DNA of 64,000 nt from Acidimicrobiia bacterium (lineage in GTDB: Bacteria > Actinomycetota > Acidimicrobiia > Spongiisociales > UBA5794): NCBI GenBank assembly GCA_029939995.1, contig JAOZRW010000005.1:8730-72729 (forward strand). The letters are read 5' to 3'. Positions within the stretch are counted from its first letter, which is position 1; each line of letters opens with the position of its first letter. Made by a program: the position numbers and the translations under genes. Positions 45,801 through 54,493 of the stretch are shown piece by piece. Under the pieces are notes generated by a model. That model saw only the letters and a program-made list of their open reading frames with translations. It was not told the origin of the DNA and ran no database searches.

Positions 45801-47527
45801 CGCGTGGGAATCTCCTCGACGACACGCAGCCCCATGTTCTCGACGAGCGGCAGCATCTCGGAGAGGTCCCGCTTCCCCTCCCTGCTGTAGATCATGATCC
45901 GGGTGAGGCGCTCCTCCGACTCCGTCTCGTTGCGGATCCCGATCCGGATGGGATCGCGGCTCGACAGGATGGCGTCCACGTCGAGGACGGAGCTCGCTGC
46001 GCCCTCGAGGGAAGTCGACGACTTGAAGTACGCCGGGTAGCGGTGAGCGTGCGTGTCGATCAGCGCCCGCGCCGCCGGTTGGCCCATCGTCTGCGCCAGC
46101 AACCGGCAGACCCGATCCTCCCACGTTCGTGTCAGCGAGTAGACGTCCCGCTCGAGATCGTCGAGAGAGACGGTAGGAATCGCACCCTCGAGCCAGACCG
46201 TGAAATGGATCCGCGCATCCCCCGTCTCGCCGAGCGTCAGCTGGTAGTCGATCGACGCGCCGCCGTACCTCTCGAGGAAGAGATCCTGGAGGTTCTTGCG
46301 AAGGTTCGTGTCGAATCGATCCCGCGGGATCACGACGAGGATGGAGACGTTGCGGTGCAGGACGTCGCGCCGCACGAACAACCGGACGTGCTGATGCTCC
46401 TCCGCTTCGAGAAGACCGACGAGGCTCGTCCGCAAGTCGTCCTGGCTGATGCTGAACAGTTCGTCCTTGGGGAACGATTCGAAGATCTGGCTGATGACCT
46501 TGTAGTCGTGGGATCCCTCGATCAGATCTTCCGCCGACAGCACGTTCGCCAGCTTCCGTCGGAGGATCGGGATGGTGGCGGTCACCGCCATGTACGCCTT
46601 GGACGTGAAGAGACCGACCAGCCGTGCCTCACCTTTCGGCGTTCCGTCGGCGTGGACGCGACGGAGACCGATGTAGTCCATGCGTGCGTCCCGGTGCACG
46701 GTGGATCGGCGGTTGGTCTTCGCGATGACGAGTTGGCGGCCGTGCTCGTATCGATCCCGGAGATCCGGTTCGAGCGAGGCGAGCGGAACCGGCTCGGCGA
46801 ACCGGCTCGCATCGGCATCCTCGAGGATCCCCAGACCGCTGCCCTCTTTCACGGCGATTGCCGGTCCGTCACCGGTGTCGGCGATGTCGTACTCGCGGTA
46901 GCCCAGCAGGATGAAGTTGTCATCGAGAAGCCACTCGAGGAACGCGACCGCTTCTTCGACATCGTCCGGATCGAAGGCCGAGCCGTCTTCGAACGCGTAG
47001 TGCACCATGCGTCGCACGGCGAAACGCATCGGTTCGAAATCCTTGACGGCGGCCCGCACGTCGGCGAGCGTCGCAAGCAGCTCGGTCTCGAGCGTCGACG
47101 CTTCCTCGGAAGAGAGCGTCTCGACGAGCTCGTAGTGCTGCACCGACTCGCGCCGGCTCGCTCCCTTGCCCGCAGCGACCTCGATCAGCGCCCCGTTCTC
47201 GCCGCGGACGGTCCCCACGACCGGGTGGAAGTGCCGGACGGTCGTGTAGCCGAGCCTCGCGAGCCGGGACATGACGGAGTCGACGAGGAACGGCATGTCG
47301 TCGGTGACGATCTCGATGACGGATCCGGGCGTCGAGTAGCCGCAGGTCTCGGGGGTCGGGTCGAAGACTCGTACGGCGAGGGTCGATGCCCCGCGGCCGT
47401 CGAGGAAGCCGTACGCGCAGCTGATCTCCGCCGAGAGCTGATCGGGTCCGATCGTCGGTTCCTCGTCGTCCGGAACCCGGTGCAGATAGGCGCTGGCGAA
47501 CGCTTCGAGGGATTCAGAGCGACCCAT
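42812..47527 (-). CDS. gdhB: NAD-specific glutamate dehydrogenase, large (about 1,570 aa) GdhB / Bac_GDH type
   Basis: Full-length match in architecture to the L-180 NAD-GDH class; likely ATG at 47527 with AAGGAG 8 nt upstream (ORF track extends to 47593). Confidence 0.9.
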   Translation of the reverse strand: MGRSESLEAFASAYLHRVPDDEEPTIGPDQLSAEISCAYGFLDGRGASTLAVRVFDPTPETCGYSTPGSVIEIVTDDMPFLVDSVMSRLARLGYTTVRHFHPVVGTVRGENGALIEVAAGKGASRRESVQHYELVETLSSEEASTLETELLATLADVRAAVKDFEPMRFAVRRMVHYAFEDGSAFDPDDVEEAVAFLEWLLDDNFILLGYREYDIADTGDGPAIAVKEGSGLGILEDADASRFAEPVPLASLEPDLRDRYEHGRQLVIAKTNRRSTVHRDARMDYIGLRRVHADGTPKGEARLVGLFTSKAYMAVTATIPILRRKLANVLSAEDLIEGSHDYKVISQIFESFPKDELFSISQDDLRTSLVGLLEAEEHQHVRLFVRRDVLHRNVSILVVIPRDRFDTNLRKNLQDLFLERYGGASIDYQLTLGETGDARIHFTVWLEGAIPTVSLDDLERDVYSLTRTWEDRVCRLLAQTMGQPAARALIDTHAHRYPAYFKSSTSLEGAASSVLDVDAILSSRDPIRIGIRNETESEERLTRIMIYSREGKRDLSEMLPLVENMGLRVVEEIPTRLSGDGDDEMYLHDFGVLGSDGNQVDVDACGVRVAAALTAALLGETESDGLSRLLILTDLDHRQINILRAYRSYWHLVNPAFSKPYVAAAFAAHPDITGDLVRLFELRFGPDADETEEEELRGSLIERLDAVASLDEDRILRAFLGLINATVRTTAFIGNGAIAFKFLSDRVPDIPDPRPMYEIFVFAPAVAGVHLRGGPVARGGIRWSVRREDYRTEVLGLMKAQMTKNAVIVPTGAKGGFVIRTVADPSTGPTFDEVKSGYRTFIRSLLDITDNLDGGNVVHPTGVRVLDGDDPYFVVAADRGTATFSDMANAIAADVDFWLDDAFASGGSSGYDHKALGITARGAWESVRRHFMDLDLDIETDPFTVVGVGDMSGDVFGNGMLLSRTIKLIAAFDHRHIFIDPDPDPERSFAERERLAALGRSSWDDYDRSVISPGGGVFPRSLKRIDLTDEMKSALGTTDDAMTPTELISAILLAPVDLLWNGGIGTYVKASTETNEDAQDRSNDAVRVNGRELRCRVVGEGGNLGFTQAGRIEYDRAGGRIFTDFIDNSGGVHCSDREVNLKILLRMAERSGELTREERNTLIGSVSDDVVAAIVYDNFQQAQILSQEAAVSSGRMEAYEDLMARLEAEAGLDREIEVLPSTEVIFDRMRAGRGMARPELAVLLAYAKRHLVDELVDSELPEMAFFEDLLTGYFPEEIANRFQAQILEHPLRRQLIATIVANEMLNSQGITFVSRVQAETGAGAAEIVSAYRAARGVAGASRRWREIEALAGSVAADVVIDLLAGVDQLVETLTRWFIARGETGGIIALIDRYGTGFEEISQEIRTMGPKQWKNRLERKVRRLTDKGVPERIAVDHIYQVELVHAPDIIDVAANTGRSLLEAGTAFYRVGHVFHIDWLERQIESLPSQTRWQRWATLSLEQELMSLRRAIVERVLEAAGDGDVEHGFTVFVADTSVAQERLSRLMSLLRKDGVSDTAAMVVAIRQVGSLLS

Positions 47528-47654
47528 TTCGAGGTCTCCTTGGATGGCGAGAAGATGAGGATACCCCTGTGAGCAGCGAGCCTCTGTTGCCACGCCGGGC
47601 GAATCTTGCGAACCGTCGGCCCTAATCTCTCACGCCCCGACCCAAGGAGGGCCG

Positions 47655-48419
47655 ATGGCGAACCCCGCGCTCGGGCGGCAGTTCGGAAGCACCGGCTCCG
47701 CTGCCACGATCGATGCTGCATCATCGGCGCGTGCGATACCGGCCGGTTTCGGCGAAGACCGGATGACGATCGGCGGCACCGCTGCGGATACGGGGCTGAT
47801 GCTCGTGCTGCTCGTCATCGCCGGCGCCTGGGGATGGGCCGTTTCCTCACCGACGGGCGCCCTCCCCCTCTGGAGCATCGGGGTGCTCCTCGTCGCGTTC
47901 GTGCTCGCCATCGTGACGATCTTCAATCCGAAGATCGCGATCATCACGACCCCGATCTACACCGCTGCCCAGGGGGTGTTCCTCGGAGCGATGAGCAAGG
48001 CGTACGAGAACGCCTGGGGCGGGATCGTCATCACCGCCGTTCTGGCCACCGTCGCCGTGTTCGTCGTGATGCTCGTCCTGTTCGTCACCCGGACGATCGC
48101 CGTGACGAACAAGCTCCGTTCCGTGATCATCGGCGCCACGTTGGGAATCGCGCTGTTCTACTTCGCCTCGTTCCTCCTCGCGCTCTTCGGGGTCCAGATG
48201 CCCTTCGTGTGGGAGGGGGGGATCGGCGGCATCCTCTTCAGCGTGTTCGTCGTCGGGATAGCGGCGCTGAATCTCCTTCTCGACTTCGACTCGATCGAGC
48301 GGGGTGTCGCGATGGGTGCGCCGAAGTACATGAACTGGTACGGCGCGTTCGGCCTCATGATCACGATCATCTGGCTCTACATGGAGATCCTGCGGCTGCT
48401 CGGCAAGGCGCGAAGCTAG
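47655..48419 (+). CDS. Bax inhibitor-1/YccA-family membrane protein
   Basis: Seven TM segments, C-terminal LLDFDSIERG...ILRLLGKARS typical of BI-1 family proteins. Confidence 0.8.
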   Translation: MANPALGRQFGSTGSAATIDAASSARAIPAGFGEDRMTIGGTAADTGLMLVLLVIAGAWGWAVSSPTGALPLWSIGVLLVAFVLAIVTIFNPKIAIITTPIYTAAQGVFLGAMSKAYENAWGGIVITAVLATVAVFVVMLVLFVTRTIAVTNKLRSVIIGATLGIALFYFASFLLALFGVQMPFVWEGGIGGILFSVFVVGIAALNLLLDFDSIERGVAMGAPKYMNWYGAFGLMITIIWLYMEILRLLGKARS

Positions 48420-48446
48420 AGATTCAACCGCCCGGTCCCGGCCGGA

Positions 48447-48890
48447 TCACGGCACGACCAGCACGGGGCACGGAGCCTCCTGAACGACGTGGTTCGCCAC
48501 GGACCCGACGACGAGACGACGGAGCAGGCCCGCTCCGCGTCGACCGACGACGAGCAGGTCGGCTCCCGTCTCGCTGCACACGCTCACGAGACGCGATGCC
48601 GGCTCGCCGATCTCCTCCTGCGTCTCGTACTCGACATCGGTGAGGTCCGCCGATCGGAGCACGAGGTCGAGGATGTCGCGTTGCGCCTGGGTCAGCGAAT
48701 CGCCCAGCGCCTCTGCCGTCGGCGGCGAACCGACGATGCCCCACCACCCTTCCGGCGGCCGGACGACCGTCACGATGATCAGCTTCGCCGACTGGGAGCG
48801 AGCCAGATCGACGGCCACCTTCGTTGCATCGATCGACTCAGGCGATCCGTCGACGCCCACGACGACGGTTTTCGGTTCCCACAAGCTCAC
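48447..48890 (-). CDS. uspA: Universal stress protein (UspA family)
   Basis: VVVGVDGSPES ... LLVVGRRGAGLLRRLVVGSVANHVVQEAPCPVLVV. Confidence 0.8.
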   Translation of the reverse strand: MSLWEPKTVVVGVDGSPESIDATKVAVDLARSQSAKLIIVTVVRPPEGWWGIVGSPPTAEALGDSLTQAQRDILDLVLRSADLTDVEYETQEEIGEPASRLVSVCSETGADLLVVGRRGAGLLRRLVVGSVANHVVQEAPCPVLVVP

Positions 48891-49099
48891 ATCGCCACCT
48901 CCTCATGCTCTTCCCCGAGCCTATCGGAAGCACGGCGATCCGTGAAGGGGCGAAGGCCCGTGAATCTGTGGCTACCGCGAGCATTGTTCTACCGTTCGGG
49001 CTCCGGGGACGGAGTCATCGGTTCTCGCGTGCACTGCAGCCAATACCAGCCTCATCTCCGACACGCTCGGACGAGCGAGGCGTCGTTTCGGAGGAAGCG

Positions 49100-49990
49100 A
49101 TGTATCCCATCCTGGAAGCGGAATCCATTGCCCCGGACGTTCGCCGCATCGTCATCGAGGCGCCGAAGATCGCGAAGAAGCACCGGGCGGGTCAGTTCGT
49201 CATCGTCCGGGTCACTCCCGAGGGGGAACGGATCCCGCTGACGATCGCCGAGTCCGACGCGGAGGCCGGGTCGATCACCTTGTTCGTGCAGGCGATCGGC
49301 CGCACGACCCGGCTGATGAGCGAGCTGGAAGCCGAGGATTGCCTCGTCGACGTCGCAGGACCGCTCGGCCGGGCTTCGGAGATCAACCGCTACGACGGAG
49401 CCGCCGTGGTCGTCGGGGGCGGCGTGGGAACCGCCATCGCCTATCCGATCGCATGCGCCCTCGCGGCCAAGGGGAATCGCGTCGTCGCCATCATCGGCGG
49501 CCGCACCAGGGAGTACGTCCTCCTGGAGAACGAGTTGCGGGACCACGGCATCGAAGTGATCCCGTGCACCGACGACGGCTCCTACGGCAGGAAAGGCTTC
49601 GTCACCGAGGCGCTCGCCGACGTGGTCGCCGACGAGGAGGTCGGCGTCGTGTTCACGATCGGCCCCGTTCCGATGATGAGCGCGGTCGCCGACGTCACCA
49701 GGCCGGGTGAGATCGAAACGATCGCGTCCCTGAATCCGATCATGGTCGACGGCACCGGAATGTGCGGCGGCTGCCGCGTCGAAGTGGGGGGCGAGACGAA
49801 GTTCGCTTGCGTCGACGGCCCCGAGTTCGACGCTCATGAAGTCAACTTCCGACTCCTCCAGCGGCGCAACACGTCGTATCGGGCCTTCGAGTCCCGTCAG
49901 CTGAGCAGCCTCGAGTCCCTCGATCACGAGCATCACGAGCAGCTGCTCGCACCGGTCCGAGGTGCGTGCGCGAGAAGGGCGATGTCATGA
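49100..49990 (+). CDS. nfnA: NfnA / sulfide-dehydrogenase-beta / PyrK-like FAD and [2Fe-2S] ferredoxin-NADP reductase subunit
   Basis: ATG at 49100 with GGAGG RBS; FAD/NAD binding folds and C-terminal MCGGCRVEVGGETKFACVDGPEF Fe-S cluster motif. Confidence 0.75.
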   Translation: MYPILEAESIAPDVRRIVIEAPKIAKKHRAGQFVIVRVTPEGERIPLTIAESDAEAGSITLFVQAIGRTTRLMSELEAEDCLVDVAGPLGRASEINRYDGAAVVVGGGVGTAIAYPIACALAAKGNRVVAIIGGRTREYVLLENELRDHGIEVIPCTDDGSYGRKGFVTEALADVVADEEVGVVFTIGPVPMMSAVADVTRPGEIETIASLNPIMVDGTGMCGGCRVEVGGETKFACVDGPEFDAHEVNFRLLQRRNTSYRAFESRQLSSLESLDHEHHEQLLAPVRGACARRAMS

Positions 49991-51438
49991 TCAAGGTTTC
50001 CCGACGCGCACTGCTGAAGCTCGATCGCATCGACATGCCGGCTCGTGATCCGCTCGAGCGGGCCACCTGCTTCGATGAGGTCAACATCGGGCTCACCCCG
50101 GAAGAAGCGACCGTCGAAGCGATGCGGTGTCTGCAGTGCAAGACGCCGACATGCATCGACGGCTGCCCGGTGAACATCCAGATCGATCAGTTCATCGATC
50201 GCGTCGCCGTGGGTGACATCCGGGGGGCCGCCGACGTCATCCGGATGGACAGCCTCCTCCCGGCGATCTGTGGACGGGTGTGCCCGCAGGAGGCGCAGTG
50301 CGAAGGTGCCTGCGTCCTCGACAAGAAGCACAAGCCGATCGCCATCGGGCATCTCGAGCGCTACGTTGCCGACACGATCCGCAACTACGGGCTCGAACCG
50401 CCGGTCGAGCCGGTCGAGCCGAGCGGCAAGAGCGTCGCGATCGTCGGGAGCGGACCGGCGGGTCTCGCGTGCGCCGCCGACCTCGCCAAGAGTGGCCACC
50501 GGGTGCGCGTCTTCGAGGCACTCCACAAGCCGGGCGGCGTGCTCATCTACGGCATCCCCGAGTTCCGCTTGCCGAAGAGCATCGTCCAGTCCGAGATCGA
50601 CGGGCTCAAGGAACTCGGCGTCGAGTTCGAGATGAACGCGATCATCGGCCGGACGATCACCATGGAAGAGCTCCTCACCGAGGAGGGATTCGACGCCGTC
50701 TTCGTGGGAGTCGGCGCGGGGCTGCCCCGGTTCCTCAACATCGAAGGAGAGAACCTGATCGGTGTCTACTCGGCGAACGAGTTCCTCACACGCGTCAACC
50801 TGATGGGGGCGTTCCACGAGAACACGGAGACGCCGATCCTCGACCTCACCGGCAAGCGGGTCGTCGTGTTCGGCGGTGGAAACACGGCCATGGACAGCGC
50901 CCGGACGCCGCTCCGTCTCGGAGCAGGAGAGGTTCGCGTGGCCTACCGCCGCACCGAGGCCGAGATGCCCGCCAGGGTCGAGGAGATCCACCATGCGAAG
51001 GAGGAGGGGATCGTGTTCGACTTCCTCGTCTCGCCGCTCGAGCTGCTCGGCAACGACGAGGGATGGCTGACCGGTGTGCGGTTCCAGCGCATGGAACTCG
51101 GTGAGCCCGACGACTCGGGCCGCCGCCGACCGATCCCGATCGAAGGCGACGTCTTCGACCTCGATGCGGATGTGGCGATCGTCGCGATCGGCAACTCCCC
51201 GAACCCCCTGCTGCCCGCAACCGAGCCGCATCTCAAGCAGACGCGGTGGGGCACGCTCGAGGTCGACGAGACGACCGGCCGTACGACGATGCGGGGCGTG
51301 TTCGCCGGTGGAGACATCACGACGGGTGGAGCGACCGTGATCCTGGCGATGGGCGCCGGCCGGGTCGCCGCGGCGTCGATCAACGAGTACCTCGAGACGG
51401 GCGTCTGGTCGGAAACCCCCGAACCGGCCCTCACCTAA
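49987..51438 (+). CDS. nfnB: NfnB / GltD-like NADPH-dependent glutamate-synthase small-subunit-family oxidoreductase (two [4Fe-4S] + FAD)
   Basis: CLQCKTPTCIDGCPV and CGRVCPQEAQCEGAC Fe-S motifs, two Rossmann GxGxxG (IVGSGPAGLACA, VFGGGNTAMD); start overlaps the nfnA stop (ATGA). Confidence 0.85.
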   Translation: MIKVSRRALLKLDRIDMPARDPLERATCFDEVNIGLTPEEATVEAMRCLQCKTPTCIDGCPVNIQIDQFIDRVAVGDIRGAADVIRMDSLLPAICGRVCPQEAQCEGACVLDKKHKPIAIGHLERYVADTIRNYGLEPPVEPVEPSGKSVAIVGSGPAGLACAADLAKSGHRVRVFEALHKPGGVLIYGIPEFRLPKSIVQSEIDGLKELGVEFEMNAIIGRTITMEELLTEEGFDAVFVGVGAGLPRFLNIEGENLIGVYSANEFLTRVNLMGAFHENTETPILDLTGKRVVVFGGGNTAMDSARTPLRLGAGEVRVAYRRTEAEMPARVEEIHHAKEEGIVFDFLVSPLELLGNDEGWLTGVRFQRMELGEPDDSGRRRPIPIEGDVFDLDADVAIVAIGNSPNPLLPATEPHLKQTRWGTLEVDETTGRTTMRGVFAGGDITTGGATVILAMGAGRVAAASINEYLETGVWSETPEPALT

Positions 51439-51440
51439 CC

Positions 51441-51561
51441 CGTCACGAACCCAGGGTTCTCTGCGTTGTATATGCCGTCTCCGGCCCGCGGTTCGCGAGG
51501 CCGCTCCATACCGCGGGCTCAGGACGTCAAATAGGGCGCAGAGAACCCTGGGTTCGTGACG
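51441..51561. repeat. 121-bp palindromic repeat element, copy 2 (identical to copy 1)
   Basis: Same sequence as 38519..38639 over its full length as read by eye; begins 2 nt after the nfnB TAA stop, between convergent genes. Confidence 0.85.
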
Positions 51562-51565
51562 GGAG

Positions 51566-51985
51566 CTATTGGAGGGTTCGGAGGAAGGCCACGATGTCGT
51601 TCAGATCGTCGTCGGTGAGCCTCGGGTTGCCCCCGTACCGCGGCATGGCCACACCCGTCTCGTTGTCCGGATCGTTGTTCGCCCGGCCTTCCTTGATGAA
51701 CTCGACCAGGTCGGCGTCGCTCTCGCTCTGGATGAATTCGCTGTCGAAGAACGATGGGCCGAGACCGCTCACACCGTTGAAGTCGGTGCCGTGACAGGCA
51801 GCGCACGACTCGACGACGAGCTGCTTGCCGTGGTTGACCGCCGGATCGGAGCTCTCAGGCACCGTCTCGGAGGTGGATCCACCGCCACATGCAGCGGCCA
51901 CCAGGGCGATGACGACACCGCCGAGGATCAAGGCCGAACGGGTCCGAATCCGCGAGAACCCCACCGATGTCTGACGTCCCATCAT
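51566..51985 (-). CDS. Mono-heme class I cytochrome c lipoprotein
   Basis: Start MMGRQTS... with GGGAGG RBS; lipobox LVAAAC; single CAACH heme motif and a downstream Met ligand region. Confidence 0.7.
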   Translation of the reverse strand: MMGRQTSVGFSRIRTRSALILGGVVIALVAAACGGGSTSETVPESSDPAVNHGKQLVVESCAACHGTDFNGVSGLGPSFFDSEFIQSESDADLVEFIKEGRANNDPDNETGVAMPRYGGNPRLTDDDLNDIVAFLRTLQ

Positions 51986-52052
51986 CTGCCTCCCGGAATC
52001 GTGGTCCTTGTCGACGATACCCAGTCCCGACGCACACGGCCACACGCTTCGC

Positions 52053-53036
52053 TCACGGAAGCGCGGGGACGACTTCCCTCGAGAACAGCTCCAGGCTCGT
52101 CGTGTCGTAGGCCGCATCCGGGAAGTAGCCGATCGAGTACGTCATGCCGGCCGACACCCATGGGCGAAGCTGTTCGACGATCTGGTCCGGTGTTCCGACG
52201 AGTCCGATCTTGTCGAGGCTCGCACGCGCCGCCTCACCCTTGTCTTCTCCCGCGACGGCGCTGATCCTGGCCACGTACTCGTCGACCTTCTCGGCAACAC
52301 CCGCCTCGGTGTCGCCGATGATGATCGTGAACAGCGACGAACGGACGATCTCGTCGAACTCCCGGCCGACGACGCCCATGTGCCCGGCGAGAACCTCGCT
52401 CTTGTGGGCGAACTCCTCGACCGAGGACCCGAAGTTCGTGTAGTCGGCGAACCGGGCGGCAACGCGAAGCGTCAGCTTCTCTCCACCGCCCGCGATCCAC
52501 AGGGGGATGGTCTGCTGAACCGGTTTCGGGCGACTGATCGCTCCTTGCAGGTGGTAGTAGCGCCCGTCGTAGTGCACCTCGTCCTCGGACCACATCCGCC
52601 GCATGATCTCGACGCCTTCTTCGAGCTGTCCGATCCGCACCGACGGCTTCGGGAACTCGTAGCCGTAGCCGAGATACTCGTGCTCGTACCATCCCGCTCC
52701 GATCCCCATCTCGAGACGACCGTTCGAGATCACGTCGATGTCGGCGGCGACCTTGGCGAGGTAGGCCGGGTTCCGGTACCCGTTCGACGTGCACATCTGA
52801 CCCAGCCGGATCGTGTCGGTCGTCGGCGCCAGCGCCGCCATCAGCGTCCACGCCTCGTAGCTGGACTCCTGGGTAGGAACGGGAACGGTGTGGAAGTGAT
52901 CGAAGACCCACGCCGACTCGTAGCCGAGGGATTCGATCGTTCGCGCGACGCCGAGCATCGTCGGCCACTGGTCCGCCCGGTCGATCCCGACGAGGTCGAG
53001 ACGCCAGCCCTGGGGAATGAAAGCTCCGTACCGCAT
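52053..53036 (-). CDS. Luciferase-like monooxygenase (LLM) class, F420-dependent oxidoreductase-like
   Basis: 327 aa TIM-barrel LLM family; ...AWVFDHF... and GxGxGW motifs typical of F420-dependent LLM oxidoreductases. Confidence 0.75.
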   Translation of the reverse strand: MRYGAFIPQGWRLDLVGIDRADQWPTMLGVARTIESLGYESAWVFDHFHTVPVPTQESSYEAWTLMAALAPTTDTIRLGQMCTSNGYRNPAYLAKVAADIDVISNGRLEMGIGAGWYEHEYLGYGYEFPKPSVRIGQLEEGVEIMRRMWSEDEVHYDGRYYHLQGAISRPKPVQQTIPLWIAGGGEKLTLRVAARFADYTNFGSSVEEFAHKSEVLAGHMGVVGREFDEIVRSSLFTIIIGDTEAGVAEKVDEYVARISAVAGEDKGEAARASLDKIGLVGTPDQIVEQLRPWVSAGMTYSIGYFPDAAYDTTSLELFSREVVPALP

Positions 53037-53046
53037 GGGTGCAACG

Positions 53047-53283
53047 CTACCGCACGCTCCGCCCGAACCCGATCTTCCCGGTCAACTTCCACAGCCCCAA
53101 TCCGGTGGCGATTCCAGCGACGACGGCGAGAACGGCCGACGCGATCAGCAGCCCCGGTTCGGCGTAGCCCGGCCACGGGTCGTCGCCGAACACGTACAGC
53201 CAGAACACGCCCGCGCCGAAGACGACGGAGCCGGCGCCGACGGCCGCCGCGGCGGCAAGTCCGCCGAAAGCGACGATGAACAT
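53047..53283 (-). CDS. Small two-TM membrane protein (hypothetical)
   Basis: MFIVAFGGLAAAAAVGAGSVVFGAGVFWLYVF...LLIASAVLAVVAGIATGLGLW; 10 nt upstream of the LLM gene. Confidence 0.35.
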   Translation of the reverse strand: MFIVAFGGLAAAAAVGAGSVVFGAGVFWLYVFGDDPWPGYAEPGLLIASAVLAVVAGIATGLGLWKLTGKIGFGRSVR

Positions 53284-53352
53284 TCGAAGGATTTTCACAC
53301 CGACGAGCCTATTGCCGGATTCTGGGGCCGTGAGAGTTGGTAGCGTGGCGGT

Positions 53353-54240
53353 ATGGAACTCTATGCACGCGTCAATATCCTCGACGGCAAAGCCGTCCGC
53401 CTTCCGCACGGAACCCTCGACGAGGTCATCTACCTCGACGCCGACCCGGTCGCCCGGTCGCTCGGGTGGATCGCTCAGGGCGCCGATCGCCTCCACATCG
53501 TGGACCTCGACGCCGCCATCAACGGCGACTACAAGAACCGGCCGCTCATCCGCGAGATCATCGCCGAGATCGGAGTTCCCGTGCAGGTCGGCGGAGGCGT
53601 TCGCTCCCACCTCGAGGTCGATCGCCTCCTCGATGCCGGGGCCTGGCGGGTCGTCATGGGAACCGTGGCCGTCACCGACCAGGTGCTCTTCTGGGAGATC
53701 TGTCGGGCACATCCGGGAAGGATCGCCGTCAGCCTGGACGTCAACGAAGAGCTCGAACTGGTGACGCAGGGATGGCAGCACGGATCGGGACGCTACCTCG
53801 AGGAAACGCTGATCGAACTCGCTTCGGCCGGAGCCGCGGCCTATCTCATCGCCGAGGTCGGTCGCGATGCGCTCGCCGAGTCCCCCAACTTCGAAGCGCT
53901 TCGCATCGCAACGTCGCTCGTCGACGAGGACGTCGTCGCCGCCGGCGGTGTGCGCGACCTCGATGACATTCGCGAACTGCTGAAGATCAAGGAGCACGAC
54001 AAGCGGGTCGCCGGGCTGATCGTCGGGCGCGAGGTCACGTCCGGCCGCTTCACCGTGGAGGACGCTCAGGCTCTGATGAAGGGCGCGGCGAAAGATCTCG
54101 GCCCGTGGTCCCTCGAGCAACTCGAGGAAGAAGTGGCCGCGTATCAGCGGATCCTCGCCGACGCCGGGGATCACGACGTCGCGATGACGATCGAGCACGT
54201 CGAAGGGTTCGTCCGCTGGTTGAGCGGCGGCACGCCCTGA
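53353..54240 (+). CDS. HisA/PriA-family (beta-alpha)8 isomerase-like protein with a C-terminal extension
   Basis: MELYARVNILDGKAVRL...VIYLDAD...LHIVDLDAA...VQVGGGVRS matches the HisA/HisF fold N-terminus; about 50 extra C-terminal residues. Confidence 0.7.
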   Translation: MELYARVNILDGKAVRLPHGTLDEVIYLDADPVARSLGWIAQGADRLHIVDLDAAINGDYKNRPLIREIIAEIGVPVQVGGGVRSHLEVDRLLDAGAWRVVMGTVAVTDQVLFWEICRAHPGRIAVSLDVNEELELVTQGWQHGSGRYLEETLIELASAGAAAYLIAEVGRDALAESPNFEALRIATSLVDEDVVAAGGVRDLDDIRELLKIKEHDKRVAGLIVGREVTSGRFTVEDAQALMKGAAKDLGPWSLEQLEEEVAAYQRILADAGDHDVAMTIEHVEGFVRWLSGGTP

Positions 54241-54249
54241 CGGGGTCGG

Positions 54250-54472
54250 TGCCCGCGACTACGTCGAAACGAACCGCGCCGCCTGGGACGTCCAGGCTGA
54301 TCGGTACGCCGATGCCGGAGCCCACCGGTGGACGGCCGGTCGGCCTCGACAACTCGCCTGCGCAGTTGACGACCGCCCGCCTGAAGGAACCGAGACCGGT
54401 TACCCGTTCGTCACAACAGATCGGGCGCGGCGCCGGCCCGCCGAAGAAGTGTGGCGAGCGAGGAGGCAGTAG
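54250..54472 (+). pseudogene. Possible remnant of a class I SAM-dependent methyltransferase N-terminus
   Basis: Frame reads ARDYVETNRAAWDVQADRYADAGAHRW..., resembling the conserved MTase start (NRxxWD...A..Y), then degenerates to a stop; lies in a 250-bp non-coding gap. Confidence 0.2.
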
Positions 54473-54493
54473 CGGCGTCCGTCGGCTCGAGGT

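Noticed and set aside
42953-47572. Several 500-900 aa ORFs on both strands within 42.9-47.6 kb (42953..44524 +, 42969..44759 -, 44951..47572 +)
   Set aside because: All lie inside the 1,570-aa NAD-glutamate dehydrogenase gene, which occupies one minus-strand frame; the others are off-frame or antisense.
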